The position numbers and the translations under genes are program-made. The notes beneath the pieces are model-generated. The model was given only the letters and a program-made list of their open reading frames with translations, was not told where the DNA came from and did not search any database. Shown piece by piece: positions 1-11,914 of a DNA stretch of 64,000 nt. This DNA comes from Glaucostegus cemiculus (lineage: Eukaryota). The stretch covers positions 29,574,001 to 29,638,000 of the forward strand of contig CDPCPM010000056.1 of the NCBI GenBank assembly GCA_976551045.1, read 5' to 3'. Positions within the stretch are counted from its first letter, which is position 1. Every line of letters starts with the position of its first letter.

Positions 1-224
1 GGACCAATGCAGCAGGTAGACTGACCAGGACAAGGGTAAGAAACTTCATCCTTCCCTTGGGTTCTCTTGCCTATTACTACGGACCACATTCTTTAGTATT
101 TGGCTGGTTCGGTCAGTGATGCTATTGCTGAAAAGCATTTACCAAGTAAAGCAACCAAATGGCAATAAGAAAACGATATTAGCCACTGTTGTCACTTTTA
201 TTCAAGCACAGCAAAGGAAATGCA

Positions 225-352
225 AACCTGAGAAGGCAGAGTCTTAAGCACTGTATTTTCCATTTCCCCCTCCACAGATGCTCCCTGTTCTGTTGATATT
301 TCCAACATTTTGTGTTCTTATTTCAGATATACAGCACCTGCAGTTTTTATGC
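225..352 (+). mobile_element. Decayed single arm of the Penelope-derived palindromic element family
   Basis: ccctccacagatgct..ctgttgatatttccaacattttgtgttcttatttcagatatacagcacctgcag resembles the arms at 22250-22348 and 63270-63329. Confidence 0.6.
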
Positions 353-429
353 TTTTTGGTTAATTTTCCACAATGACAGGTAACAAAAAAGTTCTTTTTC
401 CTGACATTCTTTTCAAAAATTAAAATGAT

Positions 430-1090
430 TTGTTGAGGTTTTTTGATGAAAATTCAGGTTATGAAGAGTAAACATTAAGGGTTGAAATTACTTCTTATTT
501 GTGGAACTGATTAGATAAACGTTGCTTTGAGGAGATTGAGAAAAGAAGAACAATGGATATTATTTGTATTGATTGAAAACAGAAACACAATTCAATAATG
601 TACCACATAAGTGACTTTTACAAAGGGGTCATGGAATTAAGATGGATTTGGGCACAACAGAAAAAGAGATGTTTGGAAGGCAGAAAGAAAATGATGGATA
701 TGACAGTAAGCTTCTTGGACAGGGATGCTATGATCTTCAGCAGTAGCTACTTTGGAATCACCTTTATTTGCTTACAAACAAATGGAAGTGAAAGAACAAA
801 TTTGATATTTACTATTTATAGCAAATGAAGGAAAGGAAGAGAAGAGGATTTGTCTTTATAGCAGATTGGGAAGAAGCTTGTTTAAGATTGCAGGAGCACC
901 AGAGTGGTCAGGACAGACAATTAGGCAGCAAATGCAATTCATTGCGGAACACAGCTAATAAATAATTGTGGAGGGGCAATAAGCAAAGCAAATGTACACG
1001 TAATCTGCTAGAGAAGCAGGGGAATAAAGACATACAAATACTTACCATAAAAAAGAAAAGCTGAATATTTAGTTTTGTAATTAAATGTGT
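430..1090 (+). mobile_element. Very old CR1 LINE reverse-transcriptase fragment
   Basis: Decayed motifs in CR1 order: MDIICID..FNNVPHK (cf. VDVVYMDFxKAFDKVPH), WI..LEGRK, and QMQFIAE (cf. WQMQFNAEKC). Confidence 0.5.
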
Positions 1091-1094
1091 AATA

Positions 1095-1353
1095 CAGGCG
1101 ACCCTCCATGTTACCGGGGGGAGTTGCATTCCTAGAAAAAGGTCTGTATCACGATTTTCTGTAACACAAAGCTGTGTCATCTACATATGTATCACAAAAG
1201 GAAAGTTGAAAACTATCAATTTTCTATTTATTTTTTCTCCTAAGTTCCACGTGAGTGGATTTTATTCTGTAATTCAAATTTTTGGGTCGTGATTTGTGAA
1301 TTCTGCAAGGGTGAATTTCCATTAGTTGAACACCCATAATACAGGGTCACCCG
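1095..1353. mobile_element. MITE with Tc1/mariner (Tigger/pogo)-like terminal inverted repeats
   Basis: Left end TA|CAGGCGACCCTCCATGTTA; right end reverse complement CGGGTGACCCTGTATTA. About 260 bp, non-coding. Confidence 0.6.
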
Positions 1354-1564
1354 CTTACTAAGAGAAAGATAATTTTGAAGTTGCAGAGATTGTTAGTTGG
1401 ATCTGAATTAGATGACAATATGTGGTTTTAAATACTCAATTATAAAAACAAACAAAATGGAAAAGTTGAGGTGGAAATTCACTAATATGCCAGAGGGACA
1501 AGAAGTCCCACTGATGAACAGACATAAGTAATTAGACCATTTTTAAAAAAATTATCTGTTTAAC

Positions 1565-2900
1565 TGGCCCCTTGGGATTGAAGTTGAGTTTCTTCCACTC
1601 CATTTCTGTGGATTTTGAGGTGACGGACGAGTCCAATGTTGGACCTGAAGACTCTGTCACATTTGGGGCAAGAGGCGCTTGACAGTGTGCATGGGTGAGT
1701 GGGTAATTTGGTAGACTTCTTCAGTGGTTTTGCTGGGCTTCTGTGTGCTCCCGACGAATGGACTTCTCAATGCCATTTCAAATGCTCTTTCTCCATTTTA
1801 AGCAACCCAGGGCCAGAGATTCCCTTCAGTTGAAGACCTTTCAAGATTTCAACATTAATCTTTGATTTGCTTCATTTGTCCACTTAGGGTCTGTTTCAAG
1901 AATTTGGCATTGGGCATGTGAATGATGTGGCCTGACAATGAGATCTGAATGAATACAATTAGAATCTCAACAATGCAGGTGTTGACTTGGAGAATCTTAC
2001 AGAGACAACTTTGGTGGCATCTCTCCAGTGCCACGAGGTGCCTGCTGTGATTCACCTTGGTCTTCAAAGGTAGAAATCACTGCGGCCCAGCAGAAAGTGA
2101 ACTTTGTGCTGGGTTGAAGGTCTTGATCTTCAAACATTCCTTTCATCAGATGACCAAAGGCTGTGCTGGTGCACTGAAGGTGAATGTTATCATTGATGTC
2201 TGCTTTTGGTAGTGTAGCGGTTAGCGTGATGCTTTACAGCGTCAGTGACCCGTGTTCAATTCCCACTGCTGACTGTAAGGAGTTTGTATGTTCTCCCCAT
2301 GTCTTCATGGGTTTCCACCAGGCGCTCCGATTTCCTCCCACATTCCAAATACATACAGGTTAGGAAGTTGTGGGCCTGCTATGTTGGTGCCAGAAGCATG
2401 ACGACACTTGCGGGCTGCCCCCCAGAAGACTATGCAAAAAATGCATTTCACTGTGTGTTTCAATGTACATGTGACTAATATCTTATCTTATCCTTGAGAG
2501 TTGGCTCCTGAGATATGGGAAATGGAGCAGGTTGTCAGCTGCTTTCATTGTCAAGAGTGCAGTGTCGTTCAATGGTCAGATTGGCAGAGGAGCTATGTTT
2601 TGTGGAAATTAACTGTAAGGTCCATTCTTTATGTGCTTCAGTGAACAAGTTAATGATGATTTGAAGGTTGACTCTGAACATGTGGCTGCACAATTATCAT
2701 CTGTGTATTGCAGCTTGATGATAGGAATTGCGCTGAACTTGTTTTTGTGGTTGAGGCGAAGTGGGTTGAATAGTTTCCCATTTTTTCTGCAGATTAGTGC
2801 CTCTCTAGTCAGAAGCTTGATGGGAGTGTGATGCAGCATTGCAGCCAGAAAGATTGAAGGAAATGCAGGGGCAAATATATGACTTTGTTTGACATCAATA
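1565..2900 (-). mobile_element. RTE (BovB-like) LINE relic, RT domain to 3' end, interrupted by a SINE at 2208-2492
   Basis: ORF 2609-2929 gives VKQSHIFAPAFPSIFLAAML..RKNGKLFN..LQYTDD and ORF 1855-2067 gives RHLVALERCHQSCLCKILQ..GHIIHMP; both are typical RTE motifs. Confidence 0.85.
2208..2492 (+). mobile_element. tRNA-derived SINE with a V-SINE-type central domain
   Basis: A box GGTAGTGTAGCGG, B box GTTCAATTC, core gtttgtatgttctcccc..gggtttcc..tttcctcccaca, and a (TCTTA)n tail. Confidence 0.85.
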
Positions 2901-2939
2901 TACATTGGTGTGTTATTTATGCAATACAATGTAGAAACC

Positions 2940-3545
2940 TGTAGGATAATTTGATAAGAATTGCAGGGTTTGATAGCAAAGATGATGTTTCCCCTGTCTG
3001 CAATGTCCAGAACTAGGGGGTCACAGATTCAAAATAAAGAGCTGGCTATCAGGACTGAGTAACAAGGGACTGCAGATGCTGGAATCTAGATGAAAAAAAC
3101 AAGATGCTGGACAAACACAGTAGGCCAGACCACATCGGTGGAGAAAAGCAGACAATCAACACTTCGGGTAAGGACCCTTCTTCAGGACTCAAGGCGGCCA
3201 GTCCTGAAGAAGGGTCCTGACCCAAAACATTGACTGTCTGCTCTTTTCCACCGATAGGGCCTGGCCTACTGAGTTCATCTAGCATCTTGTTTTTTTTAAA
3301 TCAGGACTGAGTAATTATTTTACCCAGAGCATAGTAAATATTTAGAATTCTTCACGCGGGGTAGTTGCGGAGTTTCAGTTACTGAGTATACTTAAGACAA
3401 GATTGATAGATTTTAGAATATTAAAGGAATCAAAGCATAAGGGTTTGGCACAACAAAGCAATGCTAAGGTAAAACATTCACCACAATATATTTGAATGGT
3501 AGAACAGGTGTGAGTACAATGGCTTACTACTGCTTCTTTTTCTCA
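2940..3545 (+). mobile_element. CR1 LINE 3' fragment, interrupted at 3063-3299
   Basis: tccagaactagggggtcacagattcaaaata (cf. SRTRGHRFKI) resumes after the insert with ttattttacccagagcatagtaaat (cf. FFTQRVVNLWN), then a CR1-type 3' UTR. Confidence 0.75.
3063..3299. mobile_element. Palindromic Penelope-derived non-autonomous element with degenerate hammerhead cores and a 15-bp TSD
   Basis: Arms 3091-3189 and 3200-3297 are inverted repeats. CTGAAGA-stem II cores occur on both strands. ATCAGGACTGAGTAA is duplicated at 3048-3062 and 3300-3314. Confidence 0.85.
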
Positions 3546-6500
3546 TCTTACTGTTTAACATTGTCAGCTATCTATACATACATCTCATGTCTCCAACAAT
3601 GTGAAATGTGCCTCTACTTGCCCAATATCTTGTCAAATGATAGGCATGGTCACAACTAGGCATTTAGCTACCTTGGACTTAAAGCAAACCTCTACTAAAT
3701 CCAACACTTTTAAAAGAATCTTGAAAAACCCATTTTGACTAATAATGCCTAGTAATCTCCTCTTGGTCAAAAAACCCCTACGTTTGCGAACTGCCTCAAG
3801 ACAGATCTACATTATAGGATCCATGAACATAACTTGGTATTTTTGCAGTGAGTTAGTAGGTCAGCACAGTCCCTCTGTTAGCTTCAGTCGACAGACTCTG
3901 AGCTGAACTTACCCAGATGTGTCATTGTATTTCCTTTGAAGCCTATTGGTACAAGCTCTTCTCAAAAACTACAATTTCCTTAATTAAATTAAGTGATTAA
4001 CCATTCCCTGACAACTGCAAGGATACTTGGAGAGTAACTCTTGACCAACCAAGAAATGCTCTACAAATAGGTGCAGCCCAATTGGTATTAGCACGTTAAA
4101 TCCACTTGCATTTTAACAAGATTTGCACACCTCTGCATCTCAAAGTCACTAGCAACTAAAATAATTAACCTCATGTACACTGTCCTTAGACATAAGGAAT
4201 TCAAATCAATAATTTCATCTAAAAAACACATTTTGATTCACAATGGCTTTAGATTAGGAAGTCATATGGGGGGGAAACATTGGCTAGAATTGGATTCATT
4301 TGCACACATCTTTATATACATTTTGCATAGAAAACCAGTTTTGTGCATGTTTGATTACTTTTATGAATCAATTAACAACCATTGGAAAATTGACCCAACT
4401 TCCAATTGACCCCACCTCCTGGTACATTTCAGTTTTGCAAGCCTGATGATTGCCAGCATAAGATGAGCATCTAATGATGTCATACAGTGCGCAGCAGCAG
4501 TTTATCCATTTACTGAAAGAAATTGACTGTAAAAGGTGACCTATAATCTGCATTTATAACTCACAGTAAAATAAGGAGCAAATTCTGCAGCAAGTTGGCA
4601 AAGAGATGTGAATTGAAAGATCCCCACTGGGATACTGCTTTGCCCACAGCCTCTGTCAGGCTCATTCATCCGTGTCTACTTTTATCCACAAGCTTTACTG
4701 ACAGTGACTGCAGTATCTCTGTAGCCTGCACCCTTAGTGCACAATGCTGCAAGCACTGGCCACCTGATGAACCCGATTTCCACAGTGGCTTGGGCCACTC
4801 ATGACACACAGATCTGCTGCGGCAGACCAGTGCATGAAGAATACCCAGACCTACAGAGAGACATGTCTGCTCCTTGCCCCTCATTTTCTCTCTTACAGGT
4901 TTTTGTTTTGCTGTTTTTTTCCCCTATAGCTGCCACGGAGAGTGTTCTTTAAGATTTGTATCACTTATCAGCAGTTAGCGTAGCAACAGTATGGCACCTG
5001 CCAGCTCTGGAGACAGCTGCCATTGGGAGGTGTGGGGATAAGGTTTTACCTCATGATTCAGGGTGAAAACTAGATTCTCACCAATTCCTCAAGTAATTTT
5101 TGTTGCACCTCACCTGATGAGGTGCAAGCACTACAAACAATGCCCATTTCACACAGCAGAAATGCCTGAACAATTTCTAGGCAATTACCTGATACTTGAT
5201 GGACCAAATGACCCACTTCTGACCTACAATATTCAACAATTTTATAAATTGTCGAACTGGTCATGATACTAACACAATTTTTAATATTGGTTAATGCATT
5301 GGAATTGATGTTTCAATGAATAGACTAAGACTGATGTAATTCCAAGGCTGGGAGTGATGTGATACAATGCTAACCTTCTGCTGCAGTATGGCGTGGGAGG
5401 GAAGGAAGTTTGACATTTGTTCAGTTGCTTATTAAGTGTGCTGATTGAGATAACATTGAAACAGAAACAGATATGACATCTCCATGCAGCTGAGTGGAAC
5501 TGTGCCAAAGTAGACATTTGAAGATGAAAATGCCATTTATCCTCTCATCAGCAAATATATGGAACAATTGGGTCAATTTTGAAAAAAAAAATAAAAATCT
5601 GACTGAATTTGATTTTAAAAAGTCAATGCATCAATAGTATATACATACCAATAACTTCTGCAAAATCAAAAGTACTTCTGTCACTTTTGATCTAAATATA
5701 TATTGGATTGATGAACAGTTTGAACATACACTGGATTGATCCAAATGCTTCCTGCATTTTATCTCCTCTCTCCTAACTGGGGTCTAAAAAGTATGGATCA
5801 CTGAACTGTACACTAATTTAATTGCATCTTGCATCTGACCTCCTGCTTCACTGCTGGAATTGCCAATGGACCCAGCAGTGCTACCATACTATGCTGGACA
5901 ACAGGTCCAGATATAGTTTGCATCCAACCCCTTAAAGCCAAGTTTGTATGTCATTAGAATCATGACCCCATTCATTTGAATAGTGATGCTGACCTTCTAT
6001 TTAAAAAAATTAAGTACATATCAAGGGTTCACTTATTTGATTTTATCAGGAGTTGCTGAGCATCAAGTGGTAGATGGTTGCCATTTCCTTAATGGAACCG
6101 CTGGCCAGGGGTGAACATAATCTAGTCCATTAGTCTGCAATTTAGTGAATGCATACTTCCTAGCCCCCAGTGCAGAGCAAGAGATGGGTAGATAAGAAGC
6201 AATGAGCATTAGAATCTGTCTAATATATATTCAGTTGGTCAGTCAATCTAATATACATACGGCGCAAAAGCAAAACAGTGGTTTTTTATTAGAGTTATTA
6301 CTGTGTTAATATTACTGACTTACTTATTTGTTTGATACTTGCTAGCATTTTGAGGTGTTTTAAGTTAAATTTAATTTTAATTCTTTGAAACTATTTGAAG
6401 AAAAATACATCTCTATCAAGGGCATCATAAAGCTGCTCCAAAAGGCAACTGTCAAATGCCATCAGGGTATTTTAAGAGCAGGTCCTTAGGATCTGCCCCA

Positions 6501-7423
6501 AAGGTCTGCTTGCAGCACGGAGCCTGTGTCACCTTGCAGTTGGTCCTTTATGTCTGGAAAAAGATCATTTGGGTGGGCACCAGCAGTAGTGATTTCAGGC
6601 AACGTATCAGATTGTCCAGAATCGGACCCTTTGTTATTGCTGCTTTTGGTAGTAATGCCCAGGAATAAATAGAATTGGCCTTGTTACAGCTTCCATCCTG
6701 AACACCATTTTCGTGGAAGTATAATGAAGCTGTTTTACTTGAAATTATACAGCATGGCTAAGAAATTTCCAAATGATGAGCTACATAAAGATTATTAGCA
6801 AAGTGTTGACCCCAGACAGGACAAACGATTCCTTGATTTTCATCATCAGGAAGGAGAGAGTGAAAAAGCATGGTCACAGGCCACATTGCTACCAAAGATC
6901 AATGTTCTTTTTATAGTGTTGTGTTGACATGATGCAAACTCACTCCAAGATTTTCCAGAAACTATTTAAAATATGGAAAAGTTTGTAACTGAACACAAGT
7001 CAACACTTTTTAGATTAATTATTTCCCAATTGAATCAAAATGTGTAAAATGTTATTGGGACCAGAGAAACGTGTTAAAAATCAGTCTGTGGAAAAAATCT
7101 AGTTTCTTTTTCTGAGATGTTCAACTTAAGCTCCCTAAGCTTAAAAAGGTCACTTCTGACACTCTTTTGTTACCTTGCTTTAAATTTTTGAGCAAACTTG
7201 TCAGCCGTCCAAAAACAAACATGGGCCGGATCAAGCTGGATCTGGCTTGATATCTGGACTCACTGGCCATAGAGCAGCCTGCTCAGAATTACTTGTTCCA
7301 GTTGTGAAATGTCTAATAATCTGACCCTCTACACCCAAGAGGAGCTCATAAAGCTGAGAAAGATCTGAGAGGCCAGTAGGCCATGCTCCCCGCATCATAG
7401 CCTCGTAATATCTTGAAGGAAAC

Positions 7424-7530
7424 ATTTAAATAGATATAAAAATAAATATAAAAATAGAAATAAATATAAATATAAAATAAAATAAATATAAAAATATTTA
7501 AATAGATATAAAAATAAAAAGTATTTTTTT
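7424..7530. repeat. AT-rich low-complexity tract with a 23-bp direct duplication
   Basis: ATTTAAATAGATATAAAAATAAA at 7424-7446 and 7496-7518, flanking (TAAA/TATAAA)n. Confidence 0.8.
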
Positions 7531-7665
7531 TAAATAATTAAAAGCACAGTGAAATGTCAAACAGAAATTAAACATATTGAAGTAAAGTAAGTGAACTAGT
7601 TGCCTACACTTGCCTTTTTCCACAGATAGTGATGCCATCCATATGAATGGGATTGCCAGCCAGGC

Positions 7666-7680
7666 TTGGCATAAAGCCAA
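7666..7680. promoter_or_regulatory. Perfect palindromic NFI/CTF binding consensus TTGGC-N5-GCCAA
   Basis: TTGGC ATAAA GCCAA in apparently repeat-free sequence of NFIA intron 7. The motif match is certain; function is not shown. Confidence 0.5.
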
Positions 7681-10545
7681 AGAGTTTCTGGACTCTCCCT
7701 CCATCAGGTCAGTGTTCCACCAAAGGTGAAACAGGAGGAAAAATGCATCAGCTTACAGTCAGCTACATATGGCCCATCCTTTTTTTTTTAAGAACATAAT
7801 TTCCTCGCACCTCCCCCCACCAGACACTGTCCTCATCAGAAAGGTGATCTCAACATCAATGGTTCTATTCAATGTCAATTTGGATTCAGCTGTTTATGAG
7901 AATACTTATGCATTAACTGAGAAATGTTCTTTTCCCCCCCATCTCTATTAAATAATTTGGCCTTGTGAAAACAGCCATGGAAACAGATACTTCACTGTAA
8001 GAATTCAAAGAATATGCTTGTCCAAGCACTCAGCTGATAAATTCACAATGTGATGTGGGCCTGAGACATTCAAATCAGGAAATCTTTGGGTTTAACCCTG
8101 GGTTGTCCCAAGTTTGTGAAATGCTGCAATGCAGATCTGCTTCCAGACAACTACTCAGCAATATTAGAATCAACACTGCTTACCACTCTTTCTGATTCCT
8201 TTCTGAACAGAGGAAGTACAGATTGAGATACATGTATTCCAAACTAAACCACCAGAGCATAATATATTTATACTCTTTCCTAAAACTAAGCTCTCTGATT
8301 CTACAAGGAGCAGTGAAAAATTGAAATGCTTGATTAGTGGACTGTACACATTGGAAAACACGAGTTATCATTTGGTGGTAATTCTGTTCATTTTATTTTT
8401 GAACCAGGTTTTCTTTAGACTTGGTGAAATGTCAGTGGAGGGAAATGAGATATTTTCCATTTGTGTCACTGTCTCTCCAAGAGAATGATGAATTTATGGT
8501 AAACTGGCCATACTTTGCCATACTAATCTGATTAATCCTAAAGACAGAAAGGAATCTCCATGGCAGTAATCAGACTTTTAATCTTCTCTTTCCACCGTTA
8601 CGATGCTCTGCAAAAAGTACCTCTTTAGTTAAGCTTTTGGTTATCTGTCCTAATGCGTCTTTGTAGCTCAGTGTCAAACTTTGTTTGAAAACACTCTAAG
8701 CCTTGGAGCGTTCTACCTGCATAAACTCTGCAGTTCTTCATTTTTTGATGCAGCCAAATCAGTGCCAATTCAATGATAATCTGAGGGCCTGAGCTCAATA
8801 AGAGCTTAATTGAGATCACCAATGACTTCATGTAATACACTCACAGTCACTGAGGGTTAAAGGAGGTTGCTTTAATCCTTTGTGCCACAGGGTGTACTTT
8901 CCAATATTAATTTATAAGCAACCAGTTTTATTTTTAAAATTTGCCTCTGTACTTTTAGAGATGTATTCCAATAAAGAACACACCTTGACTACAAGGTGCA
9001 GAGACTGCAGAAATGCAGTAACATCAACTAGGCTGTGTGTGGGAAAGGGAAAGGAAATGTAAGGATGGGATTAAAATTAATAATACTTCATCTGGCAGGG
9101 TCAATGGTTCAGCATTTCCCTCTCATGAGACCAGCTCCTACCCATGTGCATTCAGCAATCGAAAACACAATAGTATCATTGCTTCTGGCAACTAGGAAGT
9201 TATGTTGTCAAAACCAGTTCTTTTCTGTCAAATGCAGCTTGAATCCAATCAACAGCTGTCTCATCTATAATAAGTCACAAAAGATTCTCCTACCAAACAT
9301 CACCACCCATAGATAATCATTCCCAACCTCCCTCCCTTCAACAAGTATCCTATCCTCGCAACCACACTACAAACCAATTACAGAATGGTGTTTGGATTTG
9401 TAGCATCCAAGAAGTTATTTTTGTTCCAGCGATTTTCATGATCACACGTCTGAAAGAAAAATGAAACAAATCTTGTGCTATTCTGAGTATTGAACCATCT
9501 CAGACCTCAGTCAGCTGGAACTTTCAAATCACTGTAGCAAAAAAAAACAAGCATCAGCCTCCAAAGGCAAGAGCTAATAAAACTGTGTCACCAACAACTC
9601 CAAGAGTTGGATAGTTGATATTAAAAACAAAGTCAAGTCAATGAGCACAATTTTACTTGTAAATCAAAGGAAATATAAATATTTTACAATTCAAGAATGT
9701 AGCAGAATCAAGAAAGTTGGCAAATGCTGGTAACAACCTATTCGGAGATTAAAATGCTTAGAGAGTACTTAGGACCTGCCATTTATTACGACAGTTACAG
9801 AACTAATTGATTAGGAGGCTATGACTAATGATCCATACATAAAGATTTGCTTTTAGGTCCAGATGAATAACTACGTTTATATACCCTGACATCTAAACAT
9901 ATGCGAACTCCAATCTAGATTTTTCTTTAAAGACAGAATTTAAAAAAACAGTTGTTCGTATTAGATTTCTTTTCTTTCAAATGTCACATCCTATATCTAG
10001 TTGTACCTTAACCATGAAATAGCTTTAGACATTGGCAGAGTGGCTAAATCCTAAATGAATTTAATATTTGATTTAAAGATCACTTTGAAACTCAAATATA
10101 CTAAATTAATTCACATTATACACTGACTGTGGGAACTGCAGTACAGTAGAATAAAATGCTCATACTGGAAGACCATTCATAAAAATTGTCAAACAATCAT
10201 GTTATTCAAGAAAATTTGAACACATGAGATTCCTCCTATCTCCAAACATAACGTAAAACTGGTGTTTCCATAGCATCATGTACAACTACATAAATATATA
10301 TTTATGTATATGTATGTATGCATGTATAAACATGCTTCTCCTATCATGGAAAATGTTACAAAGCAGTTCAGGCTAAAAAAGTACTTTTGAAGTTTAATAA
10401 TAGCAGTCATATACAGCAACACAATAGCCAACTTATGCACAACAAGAATCCACAGGTAACAATGATCGAATCATTGCATTTTTGCAGTAGCGCTTCAGGA
10501 AAAGTGTTGTTAAAATACCACAAGAGCACTCCAGCTTGTCAACTA

Positions 10546-10740
10546 GTGCAATGGGATGTTTTTACATCCAACTGGAAAGCAGATGGGGCTTTAGTTTAAC
10601 ACCTCCTCTGAGAGGCAACAAGTAGCTACAGGAATGGAGTCTGCTCTCATGACTCAATGAAGTGTATTATTATGTGCTCGTGTCCTGGAATAGGACTTGA
10701 ACACACAACCTTCTGACTTGGAGGCAAAAGTGCAAACACC
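10546..10740 (-). mobile_element. SacSINE1/DeuSINE-like SINE fragment
   Basis: gtgcaatgggatgtttttacatcca..gcagatggggctttagtttaac..ggacttgaacacacaaccttctgact is the reverse complement of a tRNA-like head plus Deu domain, as recalled. Confidence 0.7.
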
Positions 10741-11734
10741 ATTCACAGTGATCCTTACATACGACACTAATAAACTTCATACTTATTTTCTCCAATATTA
10801 CAAAAAATATATAAACTAACATCTAATTTATCTAGTATATTTCAAGCTTGTTCATTCTGCTGGAAGATATGACTACACTTTTATACCACTCACTGTTTTG
10901 TAAGTGATGAACTTGAGAGCAAAAAGTGAATATGGATCATAGTTTTTGTACTTTTTCTAAAAATAAGCTTTTAAGAAATGATAACTGGTACTGTATTTTC
11001 AGGTAATTATTTTTTGTTCAACACCTGAAATTTAAAATAAGCTATTCAATCCCTTCTTTGGAATCAATACTGCAAAGGCAGAAGCCATCCAGCTCATTGT
11101 GTCAGCACTGGTTCTCTAAAGAGCTATCCAATTAGCCTCACTTTCCTGCTACAGAACCATAGCATTTGCAGCTTGGAATCTCATATACTGGTTTTGTAAT
11201 GGTATGATATTTAAATGAACTTGATTATTCACAAATATCTGTCAATGTTTTAGATAGCGTTTGAGCCATGACACACAGCATCAAGGTTCAATTTTTTCTG
11301 TTTTGCTCGGTTTCCAGTTTCAATCATCTCACTAAAGGAAGGTGCTGAGCACAAGTTGGCAAGGAGAAATGACAAGTCAGAGGAAGACTTATCTATTCAT
11401 CCCTACAATTATTCCATGATGACCAATACTAATTGACACTTGGGAACAGACCTCACACATGCAAGCACACCCCCTTCCCGTGCCCCCACTATTATCACCA
11501 TGATGTGGGAAAATCAAAAATATGTAGCAGGGAATTGTGCTGATAAATGAATGGGTAAATCTTAAAGGATGATGTAACAAAACATTACTGTTTGAACAGA
11601 TGTTCTATTTTCAGTGGAGAATACCACCTTTCCGTATACACTCCCAAGGCCCTCCTCCACCCCCACATTTGCTTTAACTTCAATTCTTTTTTTGAAGTCA
11701 AGGAATGAAATTTCTGCCAATGATAACTCAACTT

Positions 11735-11914
11735 ATCCGGGCTGCCGGAGATGGTGGTGGAGGTGGATACATTAGGGTCTTTCAGGCTGTTGGATAGGTA
11801 CATGGAGGTAAATAAGATAGAAGGTTATGGGTAAGCCTAATAGTGTGGGGACATGTTCGGCACAGTTTTGTGGGCCGAAGGGCCTGAATTGTGCTGTAGG
11901 TATCTATGTTCTAA
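11735..11914 (+). mobile_element. 5'-truncated CR1 (HER1-like) 3' end with a 10-bp TSD
   Basis: Ends in tgggccgaagggcctg..tgtgctgta..tctatgttcta. AACTCAACTT is duplicated at 11725-11734 and 11915-11924. Confidence 0.85.

Noticed and set aside
2208-2280. tRNA-like A and B boxes
   Set aside because: This is the head of a SINE that continues into a V-domain and tail; it is not a complete cloverleaf tRNA gene.
7264-7411. Possible cryptic 148-nt minus-strand exon (ccttcaag|ATATT...GGCCA|gtgagt), overlapping ORF 7231-7425
   Set aside because: The AAG acceptor is weak, there is no resemblance to NFIA exon 8, and it would stop after five codons. Such site pairs are common by chance; RNA-seq support would be needed.
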